Shown here: positions 1 to 15,754 of the stretch, in pieces
Layout: each line of letters opens with the position of its first letter
Position numbering within the stretch: the stretch's first letter is position 1
Assembly: GCA_973895155.1 (NCBI GenBank)
Contig: OZ316894.1
Span: forward strand, 4,240,944 to 4,304,943
Source of the DNA: Marsupella aquatica
Taxonomy: Eukaryota; Plantae; Marchantiophyta
Direction: 5' to 3'
DNA length: 64,000 nucleotides
Position numbers and translations under genes: made by a program
Notes under the pieces: generated by a model
The model's database searches: none
Seen by the model: only the letters and a program-made list of their open reading frames with translations
What the model was told of the DNA's origin: nothing

Positions 1-748
1 TCCGATTCTGACCATCTTCGAGTCATCGGCCCACGAATTCTGAATTTTTCTCTGGGCATCGGAGCTAACTGGTCTAGAGGTGGCACGAGGCGTCGTGGAT
101 TGCCTAGGTGCAACGTTGCGCAGTCCATTGTAAGTCACGGACTCGGATTGAAGACGCGGCGAGGTGGCCGTGCTCTGAACTACATTCCTGGAAATCTGAG
201 CACCACCCACGTAGGAAGTGCTAGCAGCCATTCTGCTAGCAATTTATAGCTCTCTTTCCAGCTACGTTCCAGATGAACAGATAACGCTTCTCGCATTCAC
301 AACATGTAAATCCCTTAAGAATCGAGCTCTCTCTCGAGAATCGGAGAGCTGTTTGCTTCGAGCTCGAGGCCCACAGCCCAGAAATACTGCACTACTGCTA
401 CTGATGCACTGAAACTACAGCTTCTCAGTCTGGCAGTCTGAAATACATTTCAGCAGTTCTGAAGCACATCCCGCAGTCAGGCGAGCTCGAAACGGAACGA
501 GCAGAGCAGAAATCTCGAAGTGAGATTATGATAGTGAGATGGTGGAGAGGGATCCATGAATGTCATCACTGTGACGGCTCTGCTGGGGTTTTACCCGTTT
601 CTCGAAGGTAACAGAGATGGCCAGAAAACAAAAGAGGTATTTTTGCTTCATGGGACCCCATGTTACTTTATAGGACCCCTGAATGATCCAGTGATCCAGA
701 CGGTTGATTGACTTGGATAGGCCTTGAATCAACGTACCCAAAATCTGA

Positions 749-1090
749 AGGGTCCTATCAAGTCACACTGTTCATATTGGGGTCCCATCAAGCTTGGATA
801 GACCTTGCATCAAGTACCCAGAATTTCAAGGGTCCTCTAAGTCACACTTTTCGTTTTGGGGGTCCCATCAAGCAAATACTTCCAAAACAAAACCCGGCAG
901 AGAAAATGATTCCATCTCAAGGGTCCTATCAAGTCACACTTTTCATTTTGGGGCCCCATCAAACAAATACTGCAAAAACAAAACCTGGCAGAGAGGATTC
1001 TTTCTCAAGGGTCTTATCAAGTCACACTTTTCATTTTGGGGTCCCACCAAGCAAATACCTCCAAAAACAAAACCTGGCTGAGAAAGGATT
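749..1090. repeat. Degenerate tandem repeat, about 4 copies of an 80-90 bp unit
   Basis: AGGGTCCTATCAAGTCACACTTTTCATTTTGGGG-like core recurs at about 749, 829, 919 and 1007; a related inverted copy lies at about 653-681. Confidence 0.8.
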
Positions 1091-1479
1091 CTATGTTATC
1101 TCCTTCCATTTTTGCCCTCGTCCCTGTTTTGTCAGTACCCTCATTTAATTTCACTTGTGTAGTCACTTAGAGTCATGGTGTATAGACTACCCTTTTGTCA
1201 GCACGAGTCATTATCTTGGTTTATTTTTGTCTTGAAAGGAAATGAGAAAGAACACTTAGTAGATTCTCCCCACCCCAATAGTGACATGCATTCTTTGTAG
1301 AGCATCCATTTCAGGGTGAGTTCCTATGGATAGACAGGGACCCGCACCAGGAGGGAGAGAGTATTTTTAATCAGGGTCACAAAGTGGGCAACCAGGGGCC
1401 AACGAGATCATTATAACTGCAATCCACTACCCACAAAACCCATCCCACCACACACTTATACCCTACACACCCCATGTGT

Positions 1480-1550
1480 GGAGGGGGGGATTGAACCTGG
1501 GACCTTTTAGTTCCAGGCTAATCCCTTAACCAACTGACTGTTTACCAGCC
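1480..1550 (-). mobile_element. tRNA-derived SINE head or tRNA pseudogene remnant
   Basis: Minus strand reads CAGTCAGTTGGTTAAGG (A-box/D-arm-like) then GGTCCCAGGTTCAATCCC (B-box/T-arm-like); no complete cloverleaf. Confidence 0.4.
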
Positions 1551-3088
1551 ATTTTTTGTGAGCCAAAACTAAATAATTACTTACCAGAAAAAACAGGCAG
1601 TTTATTGATACCCTGCAGGCTAAGATTTTAAAAAACATGTTCCATTAGCCACCACGGAATGTACTATGGGGGAGAATTAATGAAAGTACTATACAATAGT
1701 CAGAAAGTACTGTGTAATTGAGGAAAAAGTACTTTATAACCAGACTATGCTTGACAGTAGGATAAAATAGGCACCACCTTGGCTAATGTTTAAGAACAAG
1801 AAAAAGTTGGCTTTTCAACACCCTCATTTAAGTTAGGTTATGTTGTCACAAAGATTCACGGTCTAGAGGCTACCATCACTCAATTTCAGTAATGTTTTCA
1901 CTTCGAGTCACAGTCTATAGGCTCACTCTAGACAACCTCCATGAGTATGGAAGGTTTGATTGGACTTTATTAGTAATATATACTTCATCATTCATTCTCA
2001 ATTCTATTCTCAAAACTGGATGGACTCCCAATGGTCCTTCACTTAATAGTTAAGATTAGAGACAGAAAAAGTCATGCTGCTATATAGTGAATCCAACTTT
2101 CATGCTGTCTTATTGAGATTTGTGTCCAGTATTTTTATATCAATGTGCCTAACAAGGTAAATCATTTGTATTATTTAGATTCTGAATTATTTATGTACCT
2201 GTTTTAATTTTTTGTATCATAGAGGATCTTGAAATTCTTTTGGCTCCCCTCATCAATTTTCAATCGATGCTATCCTAGAGATCCATGATCCTGCTAATTT
2301 TAGATTTCAATACTCAGGCGCAGGCTAGTCCAAGTATTTAGTCACACTCAGGTCCAGGCATGAGTCAGGGCGTGGCAGTTTGAGTACAAGCACAGCCCAT
2401 GCCACCTGTTTTGCGGTCGGCCATGGCACTCTACTCTAAGCACAATACAACATCGATAGGGCAAACAATGTATCTTTGAGTTGGTGATGATTATTGTTGG
2501 TTCTCGTTGCCGTTGTGCTGGGCAATATTTTTCCCAATAATTGGTAGCAGAGCTTGGATCATGCACGAGTGACAACGTTCAAAGGGGAATGTTGCATGAT
2601 CAATTAGTTTCTTGTCAAAACGCAATGGAAGTGAAAAACTTTAGAATTGACTTGTTGATTGATTTTGCTATTCTTTAAAATAGAAATTATCAATTTTCAT
2701 CGACAAATTGTTCATATTTGATCTAGAATTGTTGGATTTTAAGCATTCAACAGTTTTTTTATGGTTTTTCTAGTGTTTTTCAATTGCTGAAGAAAATGGG
2801 ATGATGATTGCTCAAACTGGGAATTTTCTTGATTCTTTTGTGAAGAGTGAGTGTTGCTCAATGGGATTGAGCATCATTTTTCAGTAGCATACAAAAATAA
2901 AGGCATCATTCCCCAAAACAATAGGTCCTTTTCCTTTCTTGTGTATTCCTTGGGGGTCTCACTATCTGGAGCCCAATATTTTCAGGTCAAGTACATCTTT
3001 GAACTTAGGACAAAAAAGAAGAAGTTCTTTAAATCAGTTTACCGCCATTGGGAATATTTATAGATTTAATTTTTTAAAACCCTATATG

Positions 3089-5277
3089 TGTTGTAACCCG
3101 AGTTAACCAGACCATACATGAGGTTAACTAGGTTTACGCCTACTCAGGTTAGACCACATTAACTGTCTAACCGCCTGGCTATTCGATAGCCTATATGTAA
3201 GGATATGGAAGGGAATGAAGGATCAGTTGTTCTATACCTTACAACACGTTATCAGCACGATGCTGATTTGAATCAATTTTTTTTTTTAAATTATCTCCTC
3301 TTTTCTTCTCTTGAGATAGATTGGCAACCTCTTAGGAAAGGATTGATGGCAGGCGAAGGTGCAGCGGTGGCCAGATCAACCAAGGGGGATGGAATGTTAT
3401 AAATCAAGATTACACATTGGACGAATCGGACGATTGAGATAAGAAATTACAATTCACCAACTACAATTTGCAATTCCATTTCCTCTTTCTCAAATTTCAA
3501 CAATGGAACGAAATTGAGATTCGACACCCAAAATACAATTGCAACCTTGTGCTTACCAACAAGAAATTATACCACTTGAATCCTGTAATATGTCAAAGAA
3601 TTCTATGGAGAAACTCTTATTTCAACCACTCAGCATCGATGGTGCCAACTATTTGTCCTGGACGCTCGATGCTGAAGCTCACCTAACTTCAAAGAATCTA
3701 CAGGACACAGTAATAACTGACAATGGCCAAACACTTCAGCAAAAAGCGCAGGCATTGATACTAATTCGACACCATTTGAGTGACTCCTTGAAGCGACAGT
3801 ATATGAACGAATACAATCCGAGAGTCCTTTGGGACGCACTTCAATCACGCTTCGACCACACGCGTATCATACACCTGCCTGCAGCCAGACACGATTGGAT
3901 AAATCTCCGGGTCCAGGACCATAAAACAATCGCGGATTACAATTGCGAATTATTTCGGATTGTATCCCAATTGGCCATATGTGGCCACCCCGTTAATGAT
4001 GACGAACAGATTGAGAAAACGCTCTCTACCCTTCACACTACAAATCTCATCCTCTCTACCCAATATCGCAATACGCGATTCACCCAATACTCCGAGTTGA
4101 TTGCCCATATGCTCCTGGCTGAAAAGCACCAGCTATTGCTATTACAGACCTCGATCCGTAGACTACATCGCGAAGCTCGGACCAACTCACCTCAGTCGAA
4201 CAGATCTCGAACAAAGATCACAACAGACATCTACAAGAAACGGCAGCTGCGCCAACATGACGAAATGAATGACTATAAGAGAGCCACAAAAGTGAATGAC
4301 TCAGGGGGAGCAATGCGCAACCTCGCCTGTAAAGCAGTCGGGAACAAACCTTACCCGCCACAGTTCGCCACATCCGCTCCCCGACACTCCCATCGCACAA
4401 AAGCAAACTGAACAAAGAAGAATCGCCCGACCTCAGAAAGAACGACCACCAACAATGCAGCTGCACACACCTCCCACCGAAAACCATCGACCTTGTGACG
4501 AACACGCCTAGGCCCAGCATCACTTCTTCAGGAAGAAAGTTGAGTCCATTGCCCCTCGACATCTAACAAACGACCAGGACCACAACGCGCATCAACAATC
4601 TAACATGAAGAAACCGAACACCGCACATCGATCATCTCAGACACGAGGCCGCCGTCCACCCAACCAAAGCACATTCAAGATCTTCGAAGCAACAGAATGC
4701 CGAAACTACAAAAGAGACACTTCCGCGATGTGCATTCCTTCGAGACGACCCTCACACTGTAGCAGACAACACCAAAAGCTCGCTACTGCAACCACCAAAA
4801 ATCGCCACGCAAATTCTCTCACTTTCGAAACTCATACGAGACATTTAGGTCTTTACTAGTTCCAATAACGTTACATAGCATATGACACCCTTACACAATT
4901 TTAACTCTAATAACTCGATTACTCATAACTTAACCATGATTCTAAGGTTTTTAGGGATGGAATGGTAACACTCTTTCCCCCCAGCAAGAAAGGAGGGGGG
5001 GTTTTAATGAGGTTACATTCCCCCCAACCCACAAACCTCAGAATACACATTTCACATTTAGAGTAGGCTAGAGGTGGGTGCAACATTCCTCCCCAGATCA
5101 TGTTACACCCAAGGGGGAGTGTTGTAACCCGAGTTAACCAGACCATACATGAGGTTAACTAGGTTTACGCCTACTCAGGTTAGACCACATTAACTGTCTA
5201 ACCGCCTGGCTATTCGATAGCCTATATGTAAGGATATGGAAGGGAATGAAAGATCAGTTGTTCTATACCTTATAACA
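3089..5277 (+). mobile_element. Non-autonomous gag-only Ty1/copia-type LTR retrotransposon (TR-GAG-like)
   Basis: 158-bp LTRs at 3089-3246 and 5120-5277 (TG..CA, 2 mismatches seen); 5-bp TSD ATATG (3084-3088, 5278-5282); PBS-like CGTTATCAGCACG after the 5' LTR; polypurine tract AAGGGGGAG at 5111-5119; no pol. Confidence 0.93.
3590..4411 (+). CDS. Copia-type Gag protein
   Basis: ORF 3539-4411, probable start MSKNSMEK. Motifs LSIDGANYLSWTLDAE.HL, LILIRHHL...LKRQY and LW..L..RFDH are typical of copia Gag; the C-terminus looks decayed. Confidence 0.8.
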   Translation: MSKNSMEKLLFQPLSIDGANYLSWTLDAEAHLTSKNLQDTVITDNGQTLQQKAQALILIRHHLSDSLKRQYMNEYNPRVLWDALQSRFDHTRIIHLPAARHDWINLRVQDHKTIADYNCELFRIVSQLAICGHPVNDDEQIEKTLSTLHTTNLILSTQYRNTRFTQYSELIAHMLLAEKHQLLLLQTSIRRLHREARTNSPQSNRSRTKITTDIYKKRQLRQHDEMNDYKRATKVNDSGGAMRNLACKAVGNKPYPPQFATSAPRHSHRTKAN

Positions 5278-6066
5278 ATATGTACTTATAAGTATCAACA
5301 TTGAATTTGAAAGACCCAAAAGTTAGTTCACAACAATTTGCGAGTCTTTTTCCATAAGGAATAGAATGACCTTATGCTTTATTGCACATGATATATCACT
5401 TTCACGGAAGTGAAATCCCCTAGTAAACTGTCCATTTTAAACTGCTCTGGACAATTAACACTTGGTCGGGGCATTTGAATAAACTACTCACAGGTATTCT
5501 TTACGAAAGTGAAACTCAGGGGTATTCTTTATGAAAGATAGCTTTCAGAGGGATGATATGAATGCCCAAGTGACACCATCGACAAGTGGACATTTTGCTT
5601 ACCTCCACCATCTGAACCCACGAAGCAATGCAAGTGACTTATTGCCAACAGTACAATTGCAAAGACACGGCCACTCTAAGGATGTCCAACCAGTGAAGGA
5701 TGACATACAGTTTGCCTCGATAAAATAGGCAATAAGATTGAAAGAATCTCTATTAAGTAGATATCTCCAAACATCACCACCTTCTGTTTGAATACCCATC
5801 TACGCAAATAGTAAAAACAATCCCCAACTCCTTGGGTGTATGAGGAGCATAGGAGATGAGCACTCTTTTCATGGGACAGCTGCAGTTAGGATATCAGAAA
5901 CGGAATTAATTGAACTCGGTTTACTGTACAAAGTCAACATTTGTCAGGCAATGCAAGCTAGACCAAGGAGGTAAAATTTTGCACTTGCATCTATGCCTCA
6001 GGTGGAACTCTTCATTCAGCTGACTTGCAAGCCGGAAGGACCCAGGGTCCATGTTTTGGACTGATC

Positions 6067-9000
6067 TCAATTTTTCTCCAGTAGTTGTCGTACTCTTACC
6101 ACCAAATTGTTCAGTTTCGATTTCGGAGGTGCAGTGATTGCATCTAGAGCAGCCTCAGCGCTATCAGAGTCGATGAATTTGACCAAAGATTTGCGTGGAT
6201 AAAGGGCCTTATGAAGCTCCAAAGCAGATACGCAGAACTGGACGGCTTCTATCCTCCGTGGAGCCTTAGCTGATGACGCACCGTTCAAGTGATGGACGAC
6301 AACTTTGCTCAGACTTGGGAGATGTGGGTTTAGCGCCTTAACCAGGCTATCCAACGATGCATCAGGTTGTTTGGACCTAGTTAAGAATTTCCCGTTTTTA
6401 AACCCCAGAATCGTCCCTGCCAGTTGAAGAGACTCAAATTGGAGATACTCCGTCCTGGCATTGATGCACTTCTCCAAGACGGGCCCCACTAGGCAATTTC
6501 CGAGCCACTGATTCCGGGTGAAAGTCTCCTTGAAGAATGACGACGGCAACCTGCATTTCTTGTGCACAAAAAAGTCCTCCAAAGCGGCGGAAAACATGTC
6601 TTCCACATCCTTGTCCTTCTCCTCCTTCAAGTTCCCATGAATCACTTTGAGGATCCAATAGCAGGCGGCTTGGGCCATCAGTGAAACCCTTTTCACAGTT
6701 GACCGAGAAGATAATTTCAAGGATTTTTTTAGCAAGTCCTTCAAACTTGTCTGGTCCACTTCTGGACCCTTTGGATACTGCTTGCCTTTGAAGAGTTTGT
6801 TCTGCAAAATGGAGCTAACTCGGTCTGCCACCTGTGAATTCCCATCCGTTGTGCAGGAATTCACAAACACGTGGAGCAAAGAAGGGAACATAGTAAGTAC
6901 AAGCAAGCTTCCAGAATGTTTCTGCAAGAAAAAATCTAGTAGAGCTAGGACCCTGAATTTGAAGTGCATAAGCTGTGTCTGTGCATCTTTTGAATCATCC
7001 GTCCCACTGGCCCCGCCTTGCTTCCGCTGCTTCAAAATATTTGCCAAGTGCTTATCCATCCGAAACATTGTCTCATCATCTAGATCAGATGTTTCCCCTT
7101 CATTGTCCTCGCTTTCTTCTTCTTGTTTATCTTCATCATCCTCATCGTCATCATCCTTGACCTCCGCTGCTCTAATGGGTTTTTTAGCTGCTTTCAATTT
7201 TGTGTCCTCTTCATCACCATCACTATCTTCACTGTTATCATCATCCATATCTTCGTCAATTCCATCCTCATCTACAGAATCCTCATCACTCTCTTCCACA
7301 TCCAGTATGTCATCATCCTCGTCCTTCTGAGTGTCGACCTCCACAACTGGCTTGTGACGAGAACGCTGGGTATTCTTTTTCACAATTCTAAGTAGGTCCG
7401 TCAAACCCGAGCTAGTAAGATCACCACTGAAGGACTTAAACACCTGAAAGATAAGAGAAACAACGATTAAGGACCTCAATCACAAATCTGAGCACATTTA
7501 CCAAAAGAAGGACACCACCATCAAAGTTAGTAAGATCATGAATGCAAGACTTGAACACTCAGAGTAAAGGTTCCGGACGTGCAACAAAATTTTGAGTACA
7601 TCTTCCTATACAAACGAACCCTCCTCTCTCACCTGCTCTGCAGCGGCTCGAATTGGTGCAGAAGGTTGTGCCAGTAAAGAAAGAAGAACATCCACGAGGA
7701 CATCCATGAAGGCTGGCTCCACTCCATCTTCTTGAGATTCGACCTCCAGCTCCACTAGATCTCCAAAGGCTTTCTTGCAACATATAGTAATTTCTGAGGC
7801 AATTTCAACAGCAACGCTTGGAACCAGCCTTGACTCAAAAAGTAGTTGTACAATGAGGGCTAACATTGCTTGCAACCTGTCTTTCTTTTCTCCAGATTCG
7901 ACTTGGGACAGCTGCATAGCCATGCCAGTCAAGCATTAATCAAAACCTTCTACTTGAGACTGCAGGAACGATAGAAAACAAAGTAAAAGACAACAGTTGA
8001 AACAAAAAAATCTCAGGGGACACAGTTTTGCTTGAAAGACACGCACTATTGCTGCAGGCATTCCAGTTCCTTTTTAACTCACCGCAGAGCTCACTTGCAA
8101 CATTGTATGCTGCAGAGTTGCAACAGCCTCTTCCTCTTCCTCTGTGAAGGGCTGTACAGGTGTTAGTGAGGGCAAGAACTTGGCTACCAGCTCCTCAACA
8201 ACAACATTGGCTGGAAGGCTACCCAGAGCTTGCTGACACAGAAGACGCAGCTGATCCACAGCCCACCTTTGCTGCAAAGGATCGCCTATGATATCCTTCT
8301 CTCCGTCACCTTCTGGATCTCGGACAGGAACCTTTTGCTTCTTACTACTTAACGATGATTCGAAAACTTTATCACCTTTTACGGTCTCCCCGAATAGATA
8401 AAGTCTTGAAAGGGCCTGGAAGGTTGATTGGTAGCCTGCAATAGTGGTTAGCCCAGCCAACAAGCCCTTAACAGACTGAGTCTTTGAGAGATGATCGAAC
8501 TTGCCCTGGCTACTCTGTTGTAACGCAAGGACAACTCTAATACGACGCTCGTCATCATTTTCTGCCCACTTGCAGAGCTCAGCAATGCAATTCTGTGCTG
8601 CCTTGAAGAGGAGGTTGTCCTTGGAAGCAGTCGCACCCACGAGGCATTGTACGAAGTTCTTGGAGAGGATATACTGAATGTATGATGAGGCTGGCAACCT
8701 TGGAAGAAACATGAGCAACAGCTGCATTGCTAGGTGCTTCCTCTCATGCGAAGATGTAAGAAGTGATCCATCAACAACGGTGCTCCAAAAGGTCTCCAAC
8801 CTTGTCTCCAAGTTTGACACTGAATCTGAAGTTCTCTTGTTCTTTTTGCCAGGTTTTGAGATGGCTACTTCTGAAAACAAGATTCGTAGCAAGGGGTCCC
8901 ACACCAGGTGTACCCGAGGATGACTGCTGGTAGATTCCTGCAGTATCATCAGTAAATAGCAAAACAGGTTAAGACGAGCAAGAACCAAAAGTTCAATTCC

Positions 9001-11880
9001 TCCACTAATTCATGCGTTCATGGCTTAGTTGTTTTCAATAAAGGGGCGAGAGGCACATAAATTTTGTCAATTTAATTCTTTCGCTTTTGCAGAAAGGTAG
9101 GCGATGCCCGGACTAAACTCTCCATTTCATTCCCACACTTGAAGCAACACCAGAATTGAAGTTACCTTAAGGCAAGGGAGAAGTTGCAACAGATGATCCT
9201 TCTCAAAGATATCAATGAGGTTGCCAGACTCAGGGATGACTGTGCAGGACTCAAACGCCGACTTTGGAAGCTTCCGGTGGAAACTTAAAGCAAGAAACAG
9301 GGTGTGTGGCCCAATGCTGTCTATCCCTTCTTTCAAACTCTCCGTTAAATGTGTCGATGCCCAAACGCTTTTTAATAGTTGAGGTCCGTCCAGCTGAGAA
9401 ACAAATACACTAATATGACGTAAGTACCCTAGACATGTAAACAGTATCACACAACTTTCAGATAGGAGCACGAAAAAATCTTAATAATAGCTGACTATGA
9501 ATCATTCTCAACCAGAACAGTACATTCCCAAATCCACTACCTCAATGTGTTCGTACCTTCTCACCAAGCTCTACCAGAGCAGATACTGCAGCTTCCTGAA
9601 GAAATGTCTTCTTCTTTGCCAGCGCGAGAAGGCGCTCAGTTAATTCTTTTGCAAGTTCTTGCTGCTCACCAGTGCTGCCTGCTCCTATAACTCGGGAGGA
9701 TCGTATGAGAGCAGCGTAAGCAAATAGCTGCCCTAACAATGCATCTCGTGCTTCCTGCAATTTCATAATTACACCTCAGGCCCTTGCGAGAACAACTTTG
9801 AGACATTGCAGGTTCAAATGGATTAAATATGATTATCAGACACTTGATCCTGGATCATACTCTTTCCTTGCACAAGGAATTGTCCTCTCACTCTAAAACC
9901 CTAGCAAAACCTTGCGTTGAGAAATGAATCACCCATCAAACTTACAGCCCCATCAACTTCTCCTCGACGTGCCTCCATATAAGTCTAGTCTCTGATAATC
10001 TCGAGGTTTGTGAGCAGCTGCAGGCATGCTAAATCCAGTCATGCGCTTCAACTTGCATAGGATGTGAAACAAACCTGTCCTTTCATAGCCGAAGTTACTT
10101 CAAGATGTTTGTCGACCATCTTCACGATAGCTGCCCCATTAATGGACGGCAATGCTTCCAGAACTGCAGCGAGGGCGAGGGCAAAACCCTGCCTTGCACT
10201 CTGAAAAAAAATCCTAAAGGTTTAAGTAATTTTGAGGCAGGCGAGAAGAAAACTCAAGAAGTTGGAGATGGGTAGGCCTAACAGTCACGTAGAACAATGG
10301 TAGACGATGAGACCACATAGAATAAATGAAGAATTCTTATAGCGGGCATCTCTAAGAAGGATGGACCCACTGCGTAACAAAATAGAATCAGGAGGGAGAG
10401 AGATAGGGACCTCGCGAGAGGAGGCAACTCCACGAACCAGCCGGCGTAGAGCATACTGTACAGCCGGGGCAAAATCCTTCAATCCATCTTCTTCTACCTT
10501 CGCTTCTCCCAAAATCACAGCCTCTGCAGCCTTTTCCTCCTGCCCTAAACCTGAACTTGGAATGTAAGAAAGGTGCTCTACTTTATGCTAGGGAACGTGA
10601 TTAGGGTTTAGGGTTTAAGCACTCACAAACCATAGTAAAGGAAAAAAAGCCGAGCAATGGGGCAGTGTCCTGAATTCAAGTAGCAGATCAATAGACTGCA
10701 AATTCGACTAACAATCGAGGCCACCAGCGGACCGCAAACCCAATCTTTCATAAAAAGAATATGTCGACTTGCTGAATAGTTCATTCTCGATTCAATTGGC
10801 ATTCCGCCTAATCTAACAAAGTGCAGAAATGTTCATCCTCGAGACAATTCAACTACCACTTAGGATCAAGGGTTTAGGGTTTTCGCGCCCCATTCTTTCA
10901 ATCTCTGCACTTCAATTTTGGTGAGTAGCATGCTACATTTCTGAGAGGGGAAGGGACGCAATGTTTACAATCTCTACACCGACCAACACTGAAGCCACCA
11001 CTACCTACGGACACTAAGCCCTCTCATACATGCTTTCGAGACAACTGACATTCAATAATTTCTTCACTAAACGGATTCCCTCCGACAAGCGATAACTAGT
11101 AAGCAATGATCAGCCATCGGAGGACTTCGCCTACAACTCCGAGATATCTTGAACTTGACTGAAAGTTGCACCAAAAAATATTCGCTCACCTCTGTCCTCA
11201 TAGTCTTTCTGTGCGCCAATCAGCTCTTGAACCAATGCCACAGAAGCCGCTTCTCTCACAGATGCATCCACATTCGAGAGATTCCAGTAAATTTGCATAC
11301 CCACAGGCTCAGGGACGGAGGCAACAACTTTAACTCTATCAAACGAAGGCTCCTCGGATTTTCTGGTAACAGTCTGCTTCACCTTCACATTTTTATTAAT
11401 ATTCCACCTCTTCTCATTCTTCTCCTTTCTCTTCTCCCTCCTCTTGTCCTTCTTCTCCTTCTTCTCTAGATTCTTCTTCTCTTTATCCAGAATTGGCTCG
11501 CGCTCGGAGATTCCTCCCTTGCTCGGCGTGACACTACCGTCTAGCTCCGCTTTCTTCTTATCCTTCTTCTTCCTGTGCACTTTCTCTACCGCTTCATCTG
11601 CGGTGGCCCCTCTGTAGCTCGGCTCGACGGCGTCCTCTGTTTCCGCCTTCTCCCTTCTCTTCTTTTTCCTTTGATGCATTTCCTCTACCGGCACATCTGC
11701 AGAAGAAACTCCGTTACTACGTACTACAGCTGCCTCCACTTCGACTACCTCATCCTCCTTTTTCTTCGTGTGATTGGATTTTTCCTCTACAGATTCCTCC
11801 TCCGCACTCCTACTCCTGGGAGTGATGGGTTCTAAAGCCTTGGCCTTCTTCATCTTCTTGTACATTCTCTCGACAGACAT
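6067..11880 (-). CDS. MYBBP1A: MYB-binding protein 1A / DNA polymerase V (Pol5)-family nucleolar protein, about 8 exons
   Basis: Lys-rich N-terminus, then YALRRLVRGVASSRE.ARQGFALAL, RDALLGQLFAY.AL.RS, SSHPRVHLVW, SSHERKHLA, an acidic tract, LDDETMFRMD..LA and HFKFRVL.LLD. Approximate exons: 11880-11190, 10540-10411, 10201-10075, 9754-9557, 9393-9166, 8937-8095, 7912-7632, 7443-6067. Confidence 0.88.
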
Positions 11881-12017
11881 TTTTCCGACCTCCATTCCAG
11901 AGAAACGTGGGAGCTCTCAGCGAAAGAACTCGTGTCCGTCCGCAGGGAGTGTATCTTCACTGTCCAGGGTGAGAACAGACTACACAGAGTGATGGAGGGT
12001 GAGCGAGTGTCTCTCTG

Positions 12018-13091
12018 AAACCCTAAACGCTGTAGCCCTAAACGCGGTGAAGAGTGTCTGCGCTTGACTCTACGGTACCCCGACAGGAATTCCACGTTTA
12101 CGTGCTCTACGTAAATGTTCTGCAGTACAAACGAAAACTCCGGGAAGGCTCCTTTATACAAGGGACACTGCGTGTTGTCATACTCGGGTCTGGGCGCCTG
12201 TCACGGAAGCTGGGGTTTGGGGCCGTGAAAGCTGGGAAACGCTCTCGGGACCCCATCTGAACTGCAATTTGTAAAGCTGAGGTTGCCGTGAGTTGCGCCA
12301 TGGTCTGAGTTTTCTACCCAAACTCGCTAAAAGAATTGGACAGACCAAATAAACACGAGTCAGAGAGTCTTAGAGTGGCTCAAAGTTTCTGACGACGACA
12401 TTGTGAGACGAGAGCGTAAATGAGGAGCTCCGTCCACAGCTTAACGTTGGCGGAGGTTGGGCTTGATGGGTTATCGGGATTTTCCTTCAGTCAGGGTCGT
12501 CTTTCACTGAAGGGAGGAATGGTGAGGACCGAATTGGGAGATGAAGCATGAATGATTAGCTGCGTCCAAAATCTAACGCTGGCGGAATTTGGGCTTGATG
12601 GTCAGGGGATTTACGCAATTCCCTTCAGTCGGGTGTTCTTCCATTGAAGCTAGGGATGGAGAGGACGACTTGTGCGACAAAAGCATGAATGATCAGCTCC
12701 GTCCACAGTTTGGCGTTGGCGGACTTTGGGCTCAATGGTCCTTGGGATTTATGAAATTCCTACAGTCAGGGTGGTCACTGGTTGACGCTAGGAGTGGTGA
12801 GGACGTCATTCTGAGACAAAAGCATGAGTGATCAGCTCCGTCCGAAGTTTGACGTTGGCGGAATCTCGGCTTGATGGTCTTTAGATCGAAGCTGGGAATG
12901 CTTGTCATATCTGCTTTAGAATAGTGGCTGACTGGATGGGCATGGGGATTTATGCCATCCTTCAGTAAGGGTGTAGTTTGATCGTGGTCGGACAATCTCT
13001 GCAGTAATTTGCCAGCTCAATGACCCAGGGCGGGGATGCTGAAGGAAAGGAAGAGAGACAGAGACAGAGAGAAGTTTGTGGAGTAGGGTTT
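12018..13091. promoter_or_regulatory. Divergent promoter region with telo-boxes
   Basis: AAACCCTAA at 12018-12026 and TAGGGTTT at 13084-13091, each near a start codon of the head-to-head genes. Telo-boxes are known in plant ribosome-biogenesis gene promoters. Confidence 0.55.
12410..12880. repeat. Degenerate tandem repeat, about 4 copies of ~135 bp
   Basis: AGCTCCGTCC..(T)AACGTTGGCGGA..TGGGCTTGATGG core at about 12426, 12558, 12695 and 12834. Confidence 0.75.
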
Positions 13092-13153
13092 AGGCTATAG
13101 GGCCGGTGTGGGTGGTGAATGAACGGGCTCGTGGCAGGGAACTACTTCACAGG

Positions 13154-15216
<2,063 letters not shown>

Positions 15217-15754
15217 TGTTGCTCCTATGTTAGTTGGATCCTTGAACGTTGGCAATGACGATCTCGCGTATCAGAAATTGAATGTGAAGTGTTATGACGA
15301 TCCATCGCCCACATTTGCATCAGAACACTGGTCATTACTGGGGTAGTTTTGAATCACGTTCAGCGAGATTTGGCTCAGTTTTTATACCATTCTCATCTCT
15401 GAAGTAAGTTCTCTCTACTGTTCCCTGTCCAAATGACAGAAACTTCATATTTCCAACACTCTAAGCACATATACAACAGCGCTAGTGCAAATTTTTGTGG
15501 CAAGAGAGGACTCCCCAGTCGCCTGGTAATATCCAAATTGTTTGTATGTAAACAACTATGCAATGGTGAGACTTGGAACAGAGATATTCTGATATCCATG
15601 TATGCGATTTAATTCCGTGAAGCGATGAGATTGAAATTTGGTCCAAGGTTTTGCATATTCCTACATCCTAGTTTGGGTGTCTGCATGATTGTATGGCCTC
15701 ATTTCTGACATAGGGTTGTTCTTAAATTCGTTTTTCTTTGCCTTTAGTCTCGTT

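Noticed and set aside
708-1148. 146-aa ORF as a gene
   Set aside because: It is a translation of the tandem repeat and shows no recognisable domain.
6782-7395. Ser-, His- and Ile-rich ORFs on the + strand
   Set aside because: They are antisense shadows of the acidic tract of MYBBP1A.
12410-12880. Box C/D snoRNA cluster
   Set aside because: ATGAATGA is not a canonical C box, and I could not find consistent D boxes or rRNA-complementary guides.
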